Source: Phallusia mammillata (lineage: Eukaryota). Taken from it: a stretch of 64,000 nucleotides of DNA. Each line of letters begins with the position of its first letter. Position 1 is the stretch's first letter. Location: NCBI GenBank assembly GCA_965637545.1, contig OZ281496.1, forward strand, positions 12,834,001 to 12,898,000, read 5' to 3'. Below, piece after piece: positions 24,725 through 36,962 of this stretch. The notes beneath the pieces were generated by a model that searched no databases, was not told where the DNA came from, and was given only the letters and a program-made list of their open reading frames with translations. The position numbers and the translations under genes are program-made.

Positions 24725-25652
24725 GTTTTGACAGTAAATGAGAAATGTTTTAAAAGCTATATTGTCTCGCCCTTTTTCATCCAAACGGATAAACAACAAT
24801 CGTAGCTCTTGTTTGTAACAAGGTAAGTGCATTTACCAGCAAAGCTTTTAGCTTTTTATAGCTTGATAAACGTGTACAACTGATGATGCGACCACCAGAA
24901 ATTTGACACCGCCATCACGGTTGACATTTGTTTTCGTGTAATATTTAATGATGCGGTAAAACCTGACACAAATAAGGAATAAGACAATTTGCAGCAGACA
25001 ATTTTGTAAAATGGAAATTGCGTTTTCGTGACAACCGAGGGTTTTTAATTGACTTTGCTAAAAAACTGTGTGCGTGCGATGTTTGCCAAAACAAATTAAA
25101 GAACTGATGTTGGAATTTTTTGCAATTAGTCTACACATTGCAGTAGTTTGGAATTGCAAAGGTTTGCATTTCTGTTGGCCACGTGTACAGCTAGGTAGAC
25201 CACTGGCGTGTTACTAGTCTTTGGTCAAAGTTACGTTATCAAAGTTCAGATAATCACAATCCACCTTTTAAAGACGAGTTTTATCACCCTACTAAGTTCA
25301 TGTGTTTGTTTTGCCTTCTCTTACCAAACTACCAACTTGTTACGTGATTGCAGACGTCTAAGGGTTCCCGTCATACCGGAAGCAATTCAGTTACTCGTTC
25401 ACAATAATAGCATTCGCTCTTTGCTTGTTAGTCTAGAATTAAATTAAAAGCCTTGACTATGGTGATTACAAGTTTACGGTCACAATGCAATAAACATATT
25501 TTTACCGAGGAAAATAATGGCACTCATAACTTATACTTAAAAAGCGACATGCTTTAATAATCAATCGCGACGCTTGTTTCACACCTTTTTTTCAATATTT
25601 TATGTAATTTAATTGTTATAAACGGATGTAACTGGTGTGGCCTCTCATAGAT

Positions 25653-26173
25653 CAGGGGTCCGCAAATAGTGGGTCGCGAGACCTTCCAGTCTGGGTCGCG
25701 AAATATTTCAAAATTTCCCATCAATACAAGTGCGCATCTACAGTATTAATGAACTTCGGCTTTTTTAGCCTTTTAATTATTATTATTGCTTTGTTACATA
25801 TGATTAAGTAACTGTTAAATACAGTCTACGTAACAATGCAATAAGTTGAGCGAACCTGTGCAAGCAGTCATGCGTTTCCTGCACTATCTTATATTAAAAG
25901 CAAATACATATCAAGACTAGGGTTGCCGTCTCACAAAAAAATACCTCGAATTGATTTCCTGTGTGCTAAACACAGAGCCCACCGTTATCATTTGTAGAAT
26001 AAATACGTTCATTTACCTACTGTTTTATGTGATAATAGCGCATAAAAGCAGTCTCAATATTGATATTTGGTTGCTTGGATTTTCCACAAACTTACATGCT
26101 AACAAAATGCTTGGGTCGCGAGAATTTCAAACTATTTTTTAGGGTCGCGCCAAAAAGTATTTGCGGACCCCTG
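25653..26173. mobile_element. hAT-type MITE (right-arm copy)
   Basis: Same TIRs as 15276-15806; duplicated together with the arm. Confidence 0.8.
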
Positions 26174-27496
26174 GTTAAAGCATGGTTTGGAAAAAGTACC
26201 AACGTTGGCACAAGAGTATATTTTTTGAAAACAAAATTGGCACGGCGGTGTGTAAGAGTTGGATACCCCTGCTATAGAGTTACCAATGCACTACGTCAGT
26301 TAACAACAACAGTTCTTCAGGCGTGGGCTGAAAAACAAAATCAAGTAATGAAACCAACACGCGATTTTGACGCACACAACAAGGTATTTAGTCAAAACAA
26401 CCGAGCTTTTTTTGCTTAGTACGACAGCCCCATAACCACTCGTGTGTGTGTAATCTTAAACATAGGACAAAGTTTGATGTACCGGTTCCGCAACAGAAAA
26501 ACAAATATTTTTTAAATTAATATTTATGCTATGATTAGACCAGACACTCATTTTTGTGGAAACAATACAACACTGGTAGAATTAGAACCGTCTCGCAGCA
26601 CAAATGTTGTGCAGACATGATGTCATCATGCAACCAACCCACTTTTAACTTTATATTACTTTGACAACATAATCATACCAATGCAGGTCTAAATTTAAGT
26701 CATTTTAAATGTTTTTTACGCAATACCACATGTACTTTATGTACGCTTTTAGGCTGCACCTTAAGTCAAACGGACTAATTGTGACGAGCTTTACAGTGAG
26801 AAGCAGTAGCATTTATGCAGGATGCACATAGTTTAGCCTCACTCTGAAATGATTTCCTGTTACTAAATGCACAAGAGGAAGAGATCTGCTATTTACTTGA
26901 CTGGCAACTGTAATGACTGTTGTTACCTATGGTGGTTGACTTCTACACAGCAATTAAGAGTTAAAGTCGTTTTAAACAGTGCGCTTAACTCACAATTACG
27001 TCTATGCCAAAAAGAAAATGAGCGAAAGGATTTATGACTCTCGATCTTGGATGTTGTGTTTGTGGTGTGACGTTCCAAAATTTGAAAATGTCAGTATAGC
27101 TTGGAAAATCGTGCGATCTTAACAAAGAGATTACTTAGAGAAATGGCGATCTACTCAATTACAAGAGAGGACGAGGCGATGCCCAGCAACCGGAAATGCA
27201 GCGAAGAGAATGGCGGCAAAGCGTACAGCGCCGGACCAATACCAAATAAGGTCTTGTCCAGGATTGAAAAAGCGTATGTAAAATTCCATTACGATACCGT
27301 TAGCGAACATCGCGTGCGAGTAAACGACCGTGCTTTCAAAATACGAGGTTGAATAGACCGCGATGTAAGACCGTTATGGTATCCATGGCTAAAACATTCT
27401 GATTGCAATGACGCAAGTGACTAAATGTGAACCCAAATGTTATGACGTCATCAAACTGTCATTTTGGCATAAATGCCTTGTTACGAACCGTAACAC

Positions 27497-28440
27497 TGGG
27501 TTAACCTTCAAACCATCGAAATGCGACCTCTTTAAAGATGAAGTGCGATTCCTCGGTCACATTGTCTCAAAGCAAGGTATTTTATGTGATCCCGATAAAG
27601 TTCGTGCTGTAAAAGAATGGCCGATCCCGAGGAGTTTCAAACGTGCGTCAATTTGTAGGCTTAACATCTTACTATCGCAAGTTTGTAAAAGGCTATGCAT
27701 CTATTGCTGCTCCCTTACATAAATTAACTGAAAAATGCTGCCGTTTTATATGGACCGATCAATGTCAACAAGCGTTTTCATCATTAAAACTGGCGCTTAC
27801 CACAGCTCCTGTGCTGCGTTATCCAGATTTTACAAAGCGATTTGTATTAGATACCGATGCCTCCGATAACGCTGTTGGTTGTGTCCTTGGACAGGTAATC
27901 GATGGAAAGGAGCACGTGGTAGCATACGGAAGTCGAACTCTGAGTAAAGCGGAAAGACGTTTTACTCCACAACCCATAAAGAGCTATTAGCAGTAATTTT
28001 TGCGACCAAACTTTTTCATTATTACTTGTTGGGCAAAAACTTTCTTCCTCGAACAGATCACTCGCCGCTACGATGGCTTTGGCGATCTCGCGAATTGTAT
28101 AGTCAGTGCGCACGTTGGGTAGAACACTTGGCCGCCTGCCACTTTGAAATGTCTCACCGACCGGGAGCCAAACATTCGAATGCCGACGCATTGAGCCGTG
28201 TTCCTGAAGATGATGGGTTTCCGTATGTGGTCGTGGATGGTGAAGCACAGACCGAGGTATTTTCAGTCGATTTAAGAGATGAGTGTTTTTAGCAAGTTAA
28301 CATGTCGTGATAATATGCTGTTCATTAACGATGACTGTGCTACTCAGGCTTCTGAAGAAGTAATCAAACTCGTCGTACCCTTCTCCACGCGGGAAGACGT
28401 GTTAGCCGCTTGCCATGACTTGGCGCTTGGTGGAGGGCAA
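27497..28440 (+). pseudogene. Ty3/Gypsy pol remnant (RT thumb, RNase H, integrase zinc-binding start)
   Basis: KPSKCDLFKDEVRFLGHIVS, VRQFVGLTSYYRKFV, LDTDASDNAVGCVL, RTDHSPLRWL, HRPGAKHSNADALSR, LVVP..REDVLAACHD; frameshifted. Confidence 0.93.
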
Positions 28441-29149
28441 CATGTGTGATATGAACAAAAAAAAACAGCACGACCATACGAGCACATCTGGTACCTTCAC
28501 AAAGTCACAAAACATAGGCCTAATACTAAAATGTTCTCTTTTCGCAAAAAGTCTTTATTGAAACTAATGTGAAACTTACTTCCAAGCTTTAACCTCTTTC
28601 TGGGGTCGTCGTCCAAGGTCCAAGCCACCCAGAACAATTTGGGTAAAATCAGTCCAACTGTGAATGCCTCAATCAACAGTCGCACTACTGTCTAATTCCG
28701 TCACTTCAACTAAGCTCGCCGAAGTATTAATCTCTTTAGGCTAGGGCTAGGCACAGGTACCGGTAAAAGAAAAAGCCCCACCCAAGGGAGTTTAGATTCC
28801 CGCACTTTTTGTTTGGCAGTTGAGCGCAGGCGGTCAGCCAAGCATGACGCAATTTAAAACCATCGGGCGACTGAGCGTGAAATTAGTTAAAAGCAAGTTT
28901 TGTTTGTTTGTTTTTTTCAGTGGGTTTTGGATTGTATATTAAAGTTTTTTTAAAATAGTATTATTTCCCTCCAATCATTTGAAGTTTCGATTGAAACTTT
29001 AATGCGATTGTTTATGGTGAGTAAACGTAAGTTAAAGTGTTTGGTGTCAGTAAATGTTTCATTTGAAAACAAAAAAAACAATGCAAGCGTTAAAAATACA
29101 TGGTGAGAAGAGGTTAAAAATCCTACATTGTTTGGCTACAGTACCAACC

Positions 29150-29243
29150 AATACTATTTACACCAGCAACCCAATTTGTTTGGGTAGAGTACAACTCTAT
29201 TTTACCCAAACGATTTTGGGTAAAGATTTCTTTACCCATAGTG
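29150..29243 (-). mobile_element. Possible CACTA terminus remnant
   Basis: acccaa/ttgggt repeats ending in ...cccatagtg (CACTATGGG on the minus strand). Confidence 0.35.
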
Positions 29244-29365
29244 AACAACTCAATCTATAATTTGGAACAAAATTTGATTTTAACTAACCAATTTTATACA
29301 GAATACTGCCCAAAAGGCTTTGTGTTACAGTTTGGTTGTCAGTAACGTGGGTTTTGCCTGTACAG

Positions 29366-29482
29366 AGACACGAGACGACAGTGGAAATAGTGCTTGGTGG
29401 CGAGAAATTTACCGCGCACGGCCTGATGATCAATAAACAAAACTACCTGGAGGTTTACATTTATGAGAAGTGGTACGCCAAG
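29366..29482 (+). CDS. TOP3A: Isolated exon of DNA topoisomerase III alpha
   Basis: AG|RHETTVEIVLGGEKFTAHGLMINKQNYLEVYIYEKWYAK|GT, 117 nt. It resembles, from memory, the TOP3A segment [36 protein letters not shown]. Confidence 0.8.
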
Positions 29483-29959
29483 GTAAAAGAAATTAAATTT
29501 GACTGCTTTTTTAGTCCTGCTAGGTTACTATTATTATGCGTCTCCTTTCTTAAGGGTCCAAAAATCGGTTTATCAGCATTCTTTTTGACATTTAACGGTG
29601 GTTTATTCTACCCACTTGGTCACAATAAAGTGCTTTAAACTTTACACACATGTTGTCTAGTTGTCCAAGCCCAACAGGCCCCCAAAAGTTACCTTTTTTG
29701 AACGGCTATATCTATCTAATTTACATGTTTTAGCAGTTTTATTCTGTTAGTTGATGCATTTTTATAGTATTTTGTGTAACTTTTTTAAGTGACTACATCC
29801 CAAATGTTCGTTTTTAATTTTACTATTCCTTAGGTCCGAAAATACAATTTTAGGAAGTTTTTGTAGCGTGTGCCTTGTTTTTCGTTTACTAATGAATTAA
29901 CCTGTGATAAAAAAAAAACTGTACATAAATTGTGTGTCACAGAGGGAATCCCAGGCAAC

Positions 29960-30185
29960 ACCGTGTTTGGTGAAGCGCCGTGGTGTGAACAATCACCACA
30001 GCCCTTGCTTGGTGTGCTCCCAAATTCTCTCAAATACGCTATGAGATCTTCCAAACTTGCTCGCAACTTGCATTCAAAGCACAGCAATCTTGAAGGTAAG
30101 CCACTTGAATACTTTGAACGACTACTCTCTGATATGAACGATAAAAAAAATGAAAAAGATGACATCTACCGAAAAATCCTTCCTG
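29960..30185 (+). pseudogene. hAT Charlie/Buster (ZBED5/SCAND3-like) transposase N-terminal remnant
   Basis: CLVCSQILSN..MRSSKLARNLHSKHSNLEGKPLEYFERL. Confidence 0.75.
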
Positions 30186-30899
30186 AACAGAAACTTTTGT
30201 ATCTGTACGCAATTGTGATGATTTCAAATGTGACCCTCTCGTTTTAGTTTCCGATCACGTAATGAAACAAGCAGCAACCGGTCATCTCCTGACGGGGGCG
30301 CCCCAAAACGGCAAGTTGAATTCTTTTACACTACCGGTGTGCAATAGACATGAAAAAGTGAAAAATGTGTGTTGAAAGTCTAAATTTTGGCGGTGGTCAG
30401 TCCGATAGCGCGCAAGTGAAACCGGCTTGTAAGGGGAATATTTAATCTCTCTCTGTGTGTGTTCGTATGTATGTTTTATTTTTGTTTGTTATTGGGCACC
30501 AATAAACAGAAGCGTGAGTTTCAAAAAGGCGTGAGAAATAACACAAGCACTAAATACTGTTACATAGAAATCTAGCACGTTTTGAAAGATCACGTGTGTG
30601 TATGTTCACGCATACGCGTGTAGGGGAATATATCCGCAGACACTTGCTGTGATTCTAAGTTTAGATCCCGAACAAGTGATGGAAAAGGCGGTTCTCCTGC
30701 TCCTAATTATGGCGACCCAAAACGGTTAGTTTGTTTCTTGTACACACATCCACCGCGCAATAGACATCTATCAGTGAACGTTGGGTATTTACAGACTTGA
30801 TTATTGTTCACAGAAAACGATTAAAGAAGATCATGCCAGGTGTTGGTGAAAAACGTGCAAAACCCAACCCTGCCGCCCCATCAGGTGCGACATGTCGCC

Positions 30900-31800
30900 C
30901 GGGTTCGTACTTCGCAACACAGCGAGCGGGGAGATTTGAGGAGTTGATGGCCGCGGCCATAGACTCGAGTTGGTCCGGAAGGAGCGCCCTGACAGTGGTT
31001 GGGTTGTGGTGCAAATCACAAACATAAAATTTTTTATTTTCGTTCTACACGGATCGCTGACCGTTAACAGAGGCCTTCTACATCGTGACACCAACAAAAG
31101 GCTTTTTACTGACATTTTGTGCCATTTCCGCTGTTTGGCCCTCCCAATTTCATGATATGGAAAAGGACGCAGCTAAATACTGTGAACGGTACGCGAACAG
31201 CGTCGGGGTTATATATCAACATTTCCCGGGGTTAAAACGGCGGATCTCCCGTCCCTGGAGGTGTGGTTTGGCATGAACATTAACGTGTTTCCGTTATTCG
31301 GCTACGAGGTTGTGGTGTGGCGCAGTGTCAGGCGAAAGTCCGTGAAAGTCCTACACCTCTACAAGCGGCACTTTAGTTACTTTAAGAATGTGAAAAAAAT
31401 TGCCACTATTTATCCATGCCGTGCTTGCTCCCATCCTTTTAGTGAATGGTGGGAAGTGTAGGAAGCATGGGAGTGGTTAGGGAGGGAGGGCGGTTAAATA
31501 ATTCACCAATGGAGTTGGAAGGACTTGCGGCTGTGTGTATTAACGTACCCACTGCATTAAAGTTCTTCCCATTTCGCGCCACGTGAGATTTCGAAGCGTA
31601 CTTTTCTACTGACCACCTTCCAAATGACGCGCCCAAAAGCAAATATCAGGCCTACCATTTGCCTTTGAGTGTATCGATTTGTTCCAATGTTCCGATTTTT
31701 GAAGTTCCACAGTGTTTCGTGACTTCTGGTGACGCGGGTTCACGAACAGGATGGTCGGTTACCTCGGGCGCGTACAAGAGTCTTTTTTGCAACTTTAATG
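30900..31800 (+). pseudogene. Polinton/Maverick-like DNA polymerase B N-terminal remnant
   Basis: DILCHFRCLAL, MNINVF, LHLYKRHFSYFKNV..YPCRAC, FPFRAT*DFEAYF, HLPLSVSICSNVP..PQCFV; multiple frameshifts. Confidence 0.55.
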
Positions 31801-32310
31801 GAGCCTTTCGGTGGTGTCTTGCCATTTGGAGGTTTGTGAGAATATTTCAAAACATCCTCTCAGTCGCCTGCAGCGGGCTCCGGTTAAACACCTGACCGCC
31901 CTGCCAGCAATCTCATTCAAGTTTATGACATCATTTTTATTGTAAAAAGAGTCGGCCCTTTCCAATCACGCCATATAACAAGGCCACCGTATTGATTTCG
32001 ATGCGGCTTCTGTTGTGGCCCGGGAGTCTGACTACAGGAAGACTATTTATTTTTACTATTTATTCACCATCGGGGCAACACAATGAACATCAAAACAGAC
32101 GTGATGCTTTCAGCTTGCTACAGGCACTTGCTCAAAAACTAGAGGCCCAATCATTCGTTATCCCGCATTGGTTATGTTGCGCTGCTAGTGCTTGCGTTTA
32201 ATTCTTTTTGTCCTTTGTTTATCGGGCACTATACTACGCACATTCAGTGTCATTTACCCTGATGAAGGCAACTTGTATAGTTTTGCCAATGCGACACGGA
32301 CAGTTTATAT

Positions 32311-32859
32311 CAGTGGTTCTTAAAGTATGGGTCGCGACCCAAATATGGGTCGCGCAGTGTCAAATAATGGGTCGCGCTACGGTAATTCAATTCAGCCCAA
32401 ACGAACTATTACTGAATTAAGTAAACACAAACGAATTTACTTAATGCAGTAATAAAGTCACCTCACCCAACCACATTCATACAATGACAAATTTTTAGAT
32501 TTGGGATTCACTTTTATCAATGATCATGGTGCTGTAAAGCTGCAATGTGTGCTGTGTTATGCAGTGTTGTCGAACAAATCAAGCTCGTTCAGCCTGCAGC
32601 CATTTTTACATGGCCAGACCCCTATGCGGCGACGACGTGGCCTCGAAATTGCTGTACGTCTCGTTATTGAACAGCACAGTTAAATATATAAATCATTTGT
32701 TTGTAATCACCACTCATTGTTTCATAGAACTGTGTACTACAAATGGTTGTCTGCGTCTTTTTCTATTTCATGCATATCAGAAATTTTTTAAGGTTTGGGT
32801 CGTGAGGTGTTCATAAAACTCAGATTTGGGTCGCGGTCAAAAAAGTTTGAGAACCACTG
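32311..32859 (+). mobile_element. Internally deleted hAT Charlie-like element
   Basis: TIRs cagtggttcttaaa / tttgagaaccactg; TSD GTTTATAT at 32303-32310 and 32860-32867; residual LGFTFINDHGAVKLQCVLC. Confidence 0.93.
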
Positions 32860-32867
32860 GTTTATAT

Positions 32868-33700
32868 GAAGTGCAGTGTCGATAAGATACCTATTCGTCT
32901 GCTACAATCCGCAGGGAACACTTTTTGTTCACCTTACACAGCATTGCTGGAACACATCCTGAAGCCCATCAGCCAAAGATACTGCTCGTGCAAAGTAAAG
33001 GAGTTCTGCCAAGACAGCCAGCATTGTTTAAAGGAATTGATCAAATGGCAAAAATGCAATGCACAATCTGATTCAAATCAGATTAGTATGTTGTAGCAGC
33101 CGATGTGGTTGCATTGTACCCAAGCGTCGGCAAAGATCTTATCCAGCGTTCAATTACCGATGCATTACAGCGACAATCTGATTTTGACGACAACGGTCGC
33201 AAGTGCCTGGTCGATTTCATAACACTCTCGATGCTGTTGTTGTCCAATATGGCAATGTACTTTACCGTCAGCAAAAGGGCATCATTACAAGTGACAACCA
33301 CTCAGTCTCCATTGCCAATATCGCAATGCATTTTGTCATTAAGTCCATCGCGGCTACCTTGAAGGGGGCTGAGGTGTTAAAACGTATATCGACGTTATAC
33401 CTCATCCGGGCTCAAAACCACATCCCCCCCTTTTTTCTCTTTGATTTTGTCCACGGTGTAGGTCTTGTCAGGTTTTCACAGGTGTTACCTTAAGGTTTCC
33501 CAGGCGTTGCTGGGTTTGCAAGGTTTTCAACGTTTTTTGTGTTTCACGACACTCGCATTGTTGACTTTTCCCATACTTGAACTTTGCTTAGAACATTGTG
33601 TTTGTTTTACATTCTTGATATTCTTGGTGTTGATTTATTGCGTTTTTCAGGAACTGATGATGCCATTATTAGGCGAAATATATATTCCTACTTTTTAATT
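32868..33700 (+). mobile_element. Penelope-like element remnant (RT fragment plus 3' end)
   Basis: IPIRLLQS, LEHILKPIS, AADVVALYPS and KGIITSDNHSVSIANI are homologous to 55630-56583. Confidence 0.85.
33649..33689 (+). ncRNA. Minimal type I hammerhead ribozyme
   Basis: aggaa-CTGATGA-t-gcc(attatta)ggc-GAAA-tatata-ttcct, located at the 3' end of the Penelope remnant. Confidence 0.8.
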
Positions 33701-33809
33701 TACTGACTGATTCTGTTAGCAATTGAGAAAGTTCATTCAAATTTCGAGTTATTTACAAAAAGGTTTACACTAAAGTCAAAAAATAAACATAGTTTCCAAA
33801 AAAAATTAG

Positions 33810-34960
33810 GTATAGGTGAGAAACAGCTTCCACATAGCTTCGCCCTTATTTAAATTAGTAGATCCAGATCCAGAACACCCAAAGGCGCAATGTTTGCTAT
33901 GTGTGAGAAAAGGAACAAAAAACTTAACAAGTATAAGGGTTTCCAAAATTCCTTGTCCAACTGGCTAGCGCATTTGTCGTGCATGCACCCGAAGTAAAAC
34001 CGAAAATACCAGGATGCGAAAGCTGAGGAAGCTTCTCAAAAAGCAAAGGGACTACATGATGGCAGTTGTCCGTGTCCGTCAAAAAGTCAAGCCTCGCAAA
34101 AATCTCTAGTAAAAATAACAGACCATTTTTGCAACGATGTTGCGAAAACATATTTCAAACATCACCCGAAACAGAGGCAAATAACCCAGCTGTTGCTGAA
34201 AGCATCCCTTGTGACACATTGCCAATCTCAATTGTTGACGAACCAAACTTTCGGGGACTGATAGGCGAAGTTAATGAGTACTATGCGATACCTCATCGAC
34301 AAACGATTAAAGAAACCCACCCACCCTTCACACAGAAGCTAGTCATGAACAGAATCAAAGCTGAAATGGAAGACGACGAAACTTCTATGTTGTGAACATT
34401 TCGCCGAAAGACACACTGCTGTCAATAGAGCCAACATATATAAAGTTGTTGTCATGCGATACCAAATCGATGGCAAGTTCGACGTGTCATAAGCGACAAC
34501 GCTTGCTCAATGAAAAAAGTCGTTGACTTTTCGCTCGTAAATATGAAGGCTTCCTTATGAGCGATAAGGAAGAATTTCAAGAACCTAATGTAGACCTTGA
34601 TTCACTTTTAGTGCTGCCGAAGGGTATGCAACTGTGTATCGTGCACGCACTGGAAAACATAAATACCAAGCTACTCTATGATGCAAAAAATCATGTATCT
34701 AAGCGGGTTGTGGTTCATTCTACGATTAAAAAAGTGGCGAAGGTTGCCCGGACACTACGAGCCAGTTCAACGGCAAGCGATTTTACACAAAAAGAATGTC
34801 TACTCGTTCATGAAAAACCAGACGAGATGAAATTCGTCTCTTAAAAGATGTTTCGGTGTTGTAAAGTTCGACAAAGATGTGTTAAATGCAGCTATCTACG
34901 AATTGACTCCAGAGCTTATTGTGATCACGGAACTTGTCGTGCTAAGCCCATTTGAATTTC
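33810..34960 (+). pseudogene. Decayed hAT (Ac/ZBED1-like) transposase
   Basis: BED-like KAQCLLC, DTLPISIVDEPNFRGLI..YAIPHRQTI, CIVHAL (CxxH), TR*NS. Confidence 0.65.
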
Positions 34961-35698
34961 GCTGTTGTCAAATCACTGGAAAAGCCACGCCGACCAATTA
35001 TACCATGTTAATCGTGCCAATCCTGGTGTTAAAATCTTCGCTATTCTTGTGCTTATGAGAATAAATTCCGATTTTGTGTAAACTAAAGTGCCTTGGTTTC
35101 AATCTAATTTGTAAAAACTGAAATACTTTGATTTTAATTAAAAAAAAACGAAAAAAAATTAGTTGTCCAAGTCTGCTTTAGTGAAATGTCTATCATATAG
35201 CAAAAGAAGCCGTCCTACGAGAACATGCACAACAACTTTCTTTCTTGAAGGCGAGAGTGATGCTATTTAGGAGCTCTTTTATCAGATGCTCACAAAATAT
35301 CTGTTATAAGTGCCGATTAACGAGATAACCAAGAAAGACCTCTAATATTGTCCACACAGGGGCTCGAAGGCGGTTTAAAATCACAATTCATGTTTAGTTG
35401 ACTACAAGACTAAGATTTTTTTGTAACAAGTTGCCAAAACATCAATATTCGTAAATGTCCAATTGCAATTATGCCCAGAAGACACGAAGCATAATGCTAT
35501 AGAAGCGGTTACGATAAATGGTCTTCCTCTTTCATTGTTGAAATGGTCTGGCGTGAAAAAATAAATAAATCCTCTTTTAAGTCAGCAGTTCTTACCCTTG
35601 GCCGCAACAAGATAATCAACCCTTTTTTACGTTAAGACGCAAATAAGTCATATGCCATGTCCAAGCTTGTCTTATATTTACCAATTTTACTCTCTTAG

Positions 35699-36129
35699 GA
35701 TTTTCTACTTCCGAAGTTTTACGAACTTTCTTGAAGTATCGCTTTACATTCTCGCTATGCTTACTGTTTGCAGACGCTGGGTCAGATTTGGTCGGTGTCA
35801 GAAAGGTGAGTTATTTACCTCGGGAACGTTTACTTTTTTCCATTTGTTTCTGTTGTTGCTCTCAATTGGAGCAGTTAGCATTTTTCTGTCGTGGGTGGTT
35901 TGGATTATGTTTATACGAAATCTGTGAACTTTTGGAACATATGTTTTAATGTTTAAAATTACGTATTTATTAGCGTCCGTGTTTAGGTTATAATAACAGT
36001 AGTACGCGTATCGAGAATGCTGATCAAGATTTCACTGATAATGATAAGGGACAGTTCAAAGACATTTTTGCGGCAGAAGTTTCTGTTATTAATACTGGAG
36101 CTGACAATCATCCAATCACAATTTCTACT
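35699..36129 (+). pseudogene. TRPA-like ion-channel transmembrane exons (fragment)
   Basis: YFRSFTNFLEVSLYILAMLTV, IGAVSIFLSWVVWIMFIRNL and a pore-like MLIKISLIMI..QFKDIF. Splice sites are present, with frameshifts. Confidence 0.6.
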
Positions 36130-36962
36130 GTAAGTTAAAACATACTGAACAATCAAATGATTGTTTACTAGCGAAATGGCAAAATAGCCAAAAAAATCAA
36201 TTCGATAATTTTATACAGTGCTATTGTTTCAAAGGGTGCAAAGTTTCGTTATGGTACTCCTTATTCATTTTGGAAGAATAAGGTTGAATGTGTTGGAGTT
36301 AAAACATTTCAATGATGAACTTTCATTTCATGATATGCATCTTAGCTATTAAACTACAAGATAGCGAAAATGAGCGCCAGCTGACTTTGACACTTGCAAG
36401 CGACTTATATGATAACATGAAGTCTTGGTGGTTCCAAATGTGTGAAGAAAAAAAGAATTAACAAAAGAAACCCTAAACAAAATTTACCTAGAAGACATAG
36501 GATATGTGAAGTCTACAATGCATTGTGCACCTAAGTGTCCTCATAGAAACAACGCACGTTGTGGGGAGGAAGTAGGCTGTTACTGGAGATGTTGATCAGT
36601 ATGAGGGGGTTGAGTTAACATTGGCTACCAGCCTATCTTTTAATGATTTTTTCGTTATTAAATCTTCTTATTTGATGATACAGCTTGTATCAGAACTGTG
36701 TGTGGAGGTATGGTTCTCTTAAGCGGGATTCACACCAGACGCGTTAAGCGACAAGCGTCGCGTTTTTGCGTTAGGCGACAAGCGAAGTACCATTCACACA
36801 CGACGACGCGCTTGTCGTCACGGCACGATTTTCTCAGTTGAAGCGTCAGAGTTAAATCAGATTTAACTTTTCCGCTTGACACTTCACATTTAAAGTATCT
36901 TGTAACAGCAGAAACCTTGTTATAAGCAGTATACTGTATTTGATTGCATGTAGTCAATGGCA

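Larger units (their letters stand above)
22334..27087 (-). repeat. Right arm of large inverted duplication
   Basis: Matches 14278-18241 apart from SNPs, small indels and the 22821-23633 insertion. Confidence 0.97.

Noticed and set aside
14278-27087. Arms as the TIRs of one giant transposon
   Set aside because: No TSD at the outer ends, the arms consist of host-gene sequence, and the left arm continues seamlessly into the methyltransferase gene.
28739-28800. Possible hAT TIR (tagggctaggcac)
   Set aside because: No partner TIR or TSD was found.
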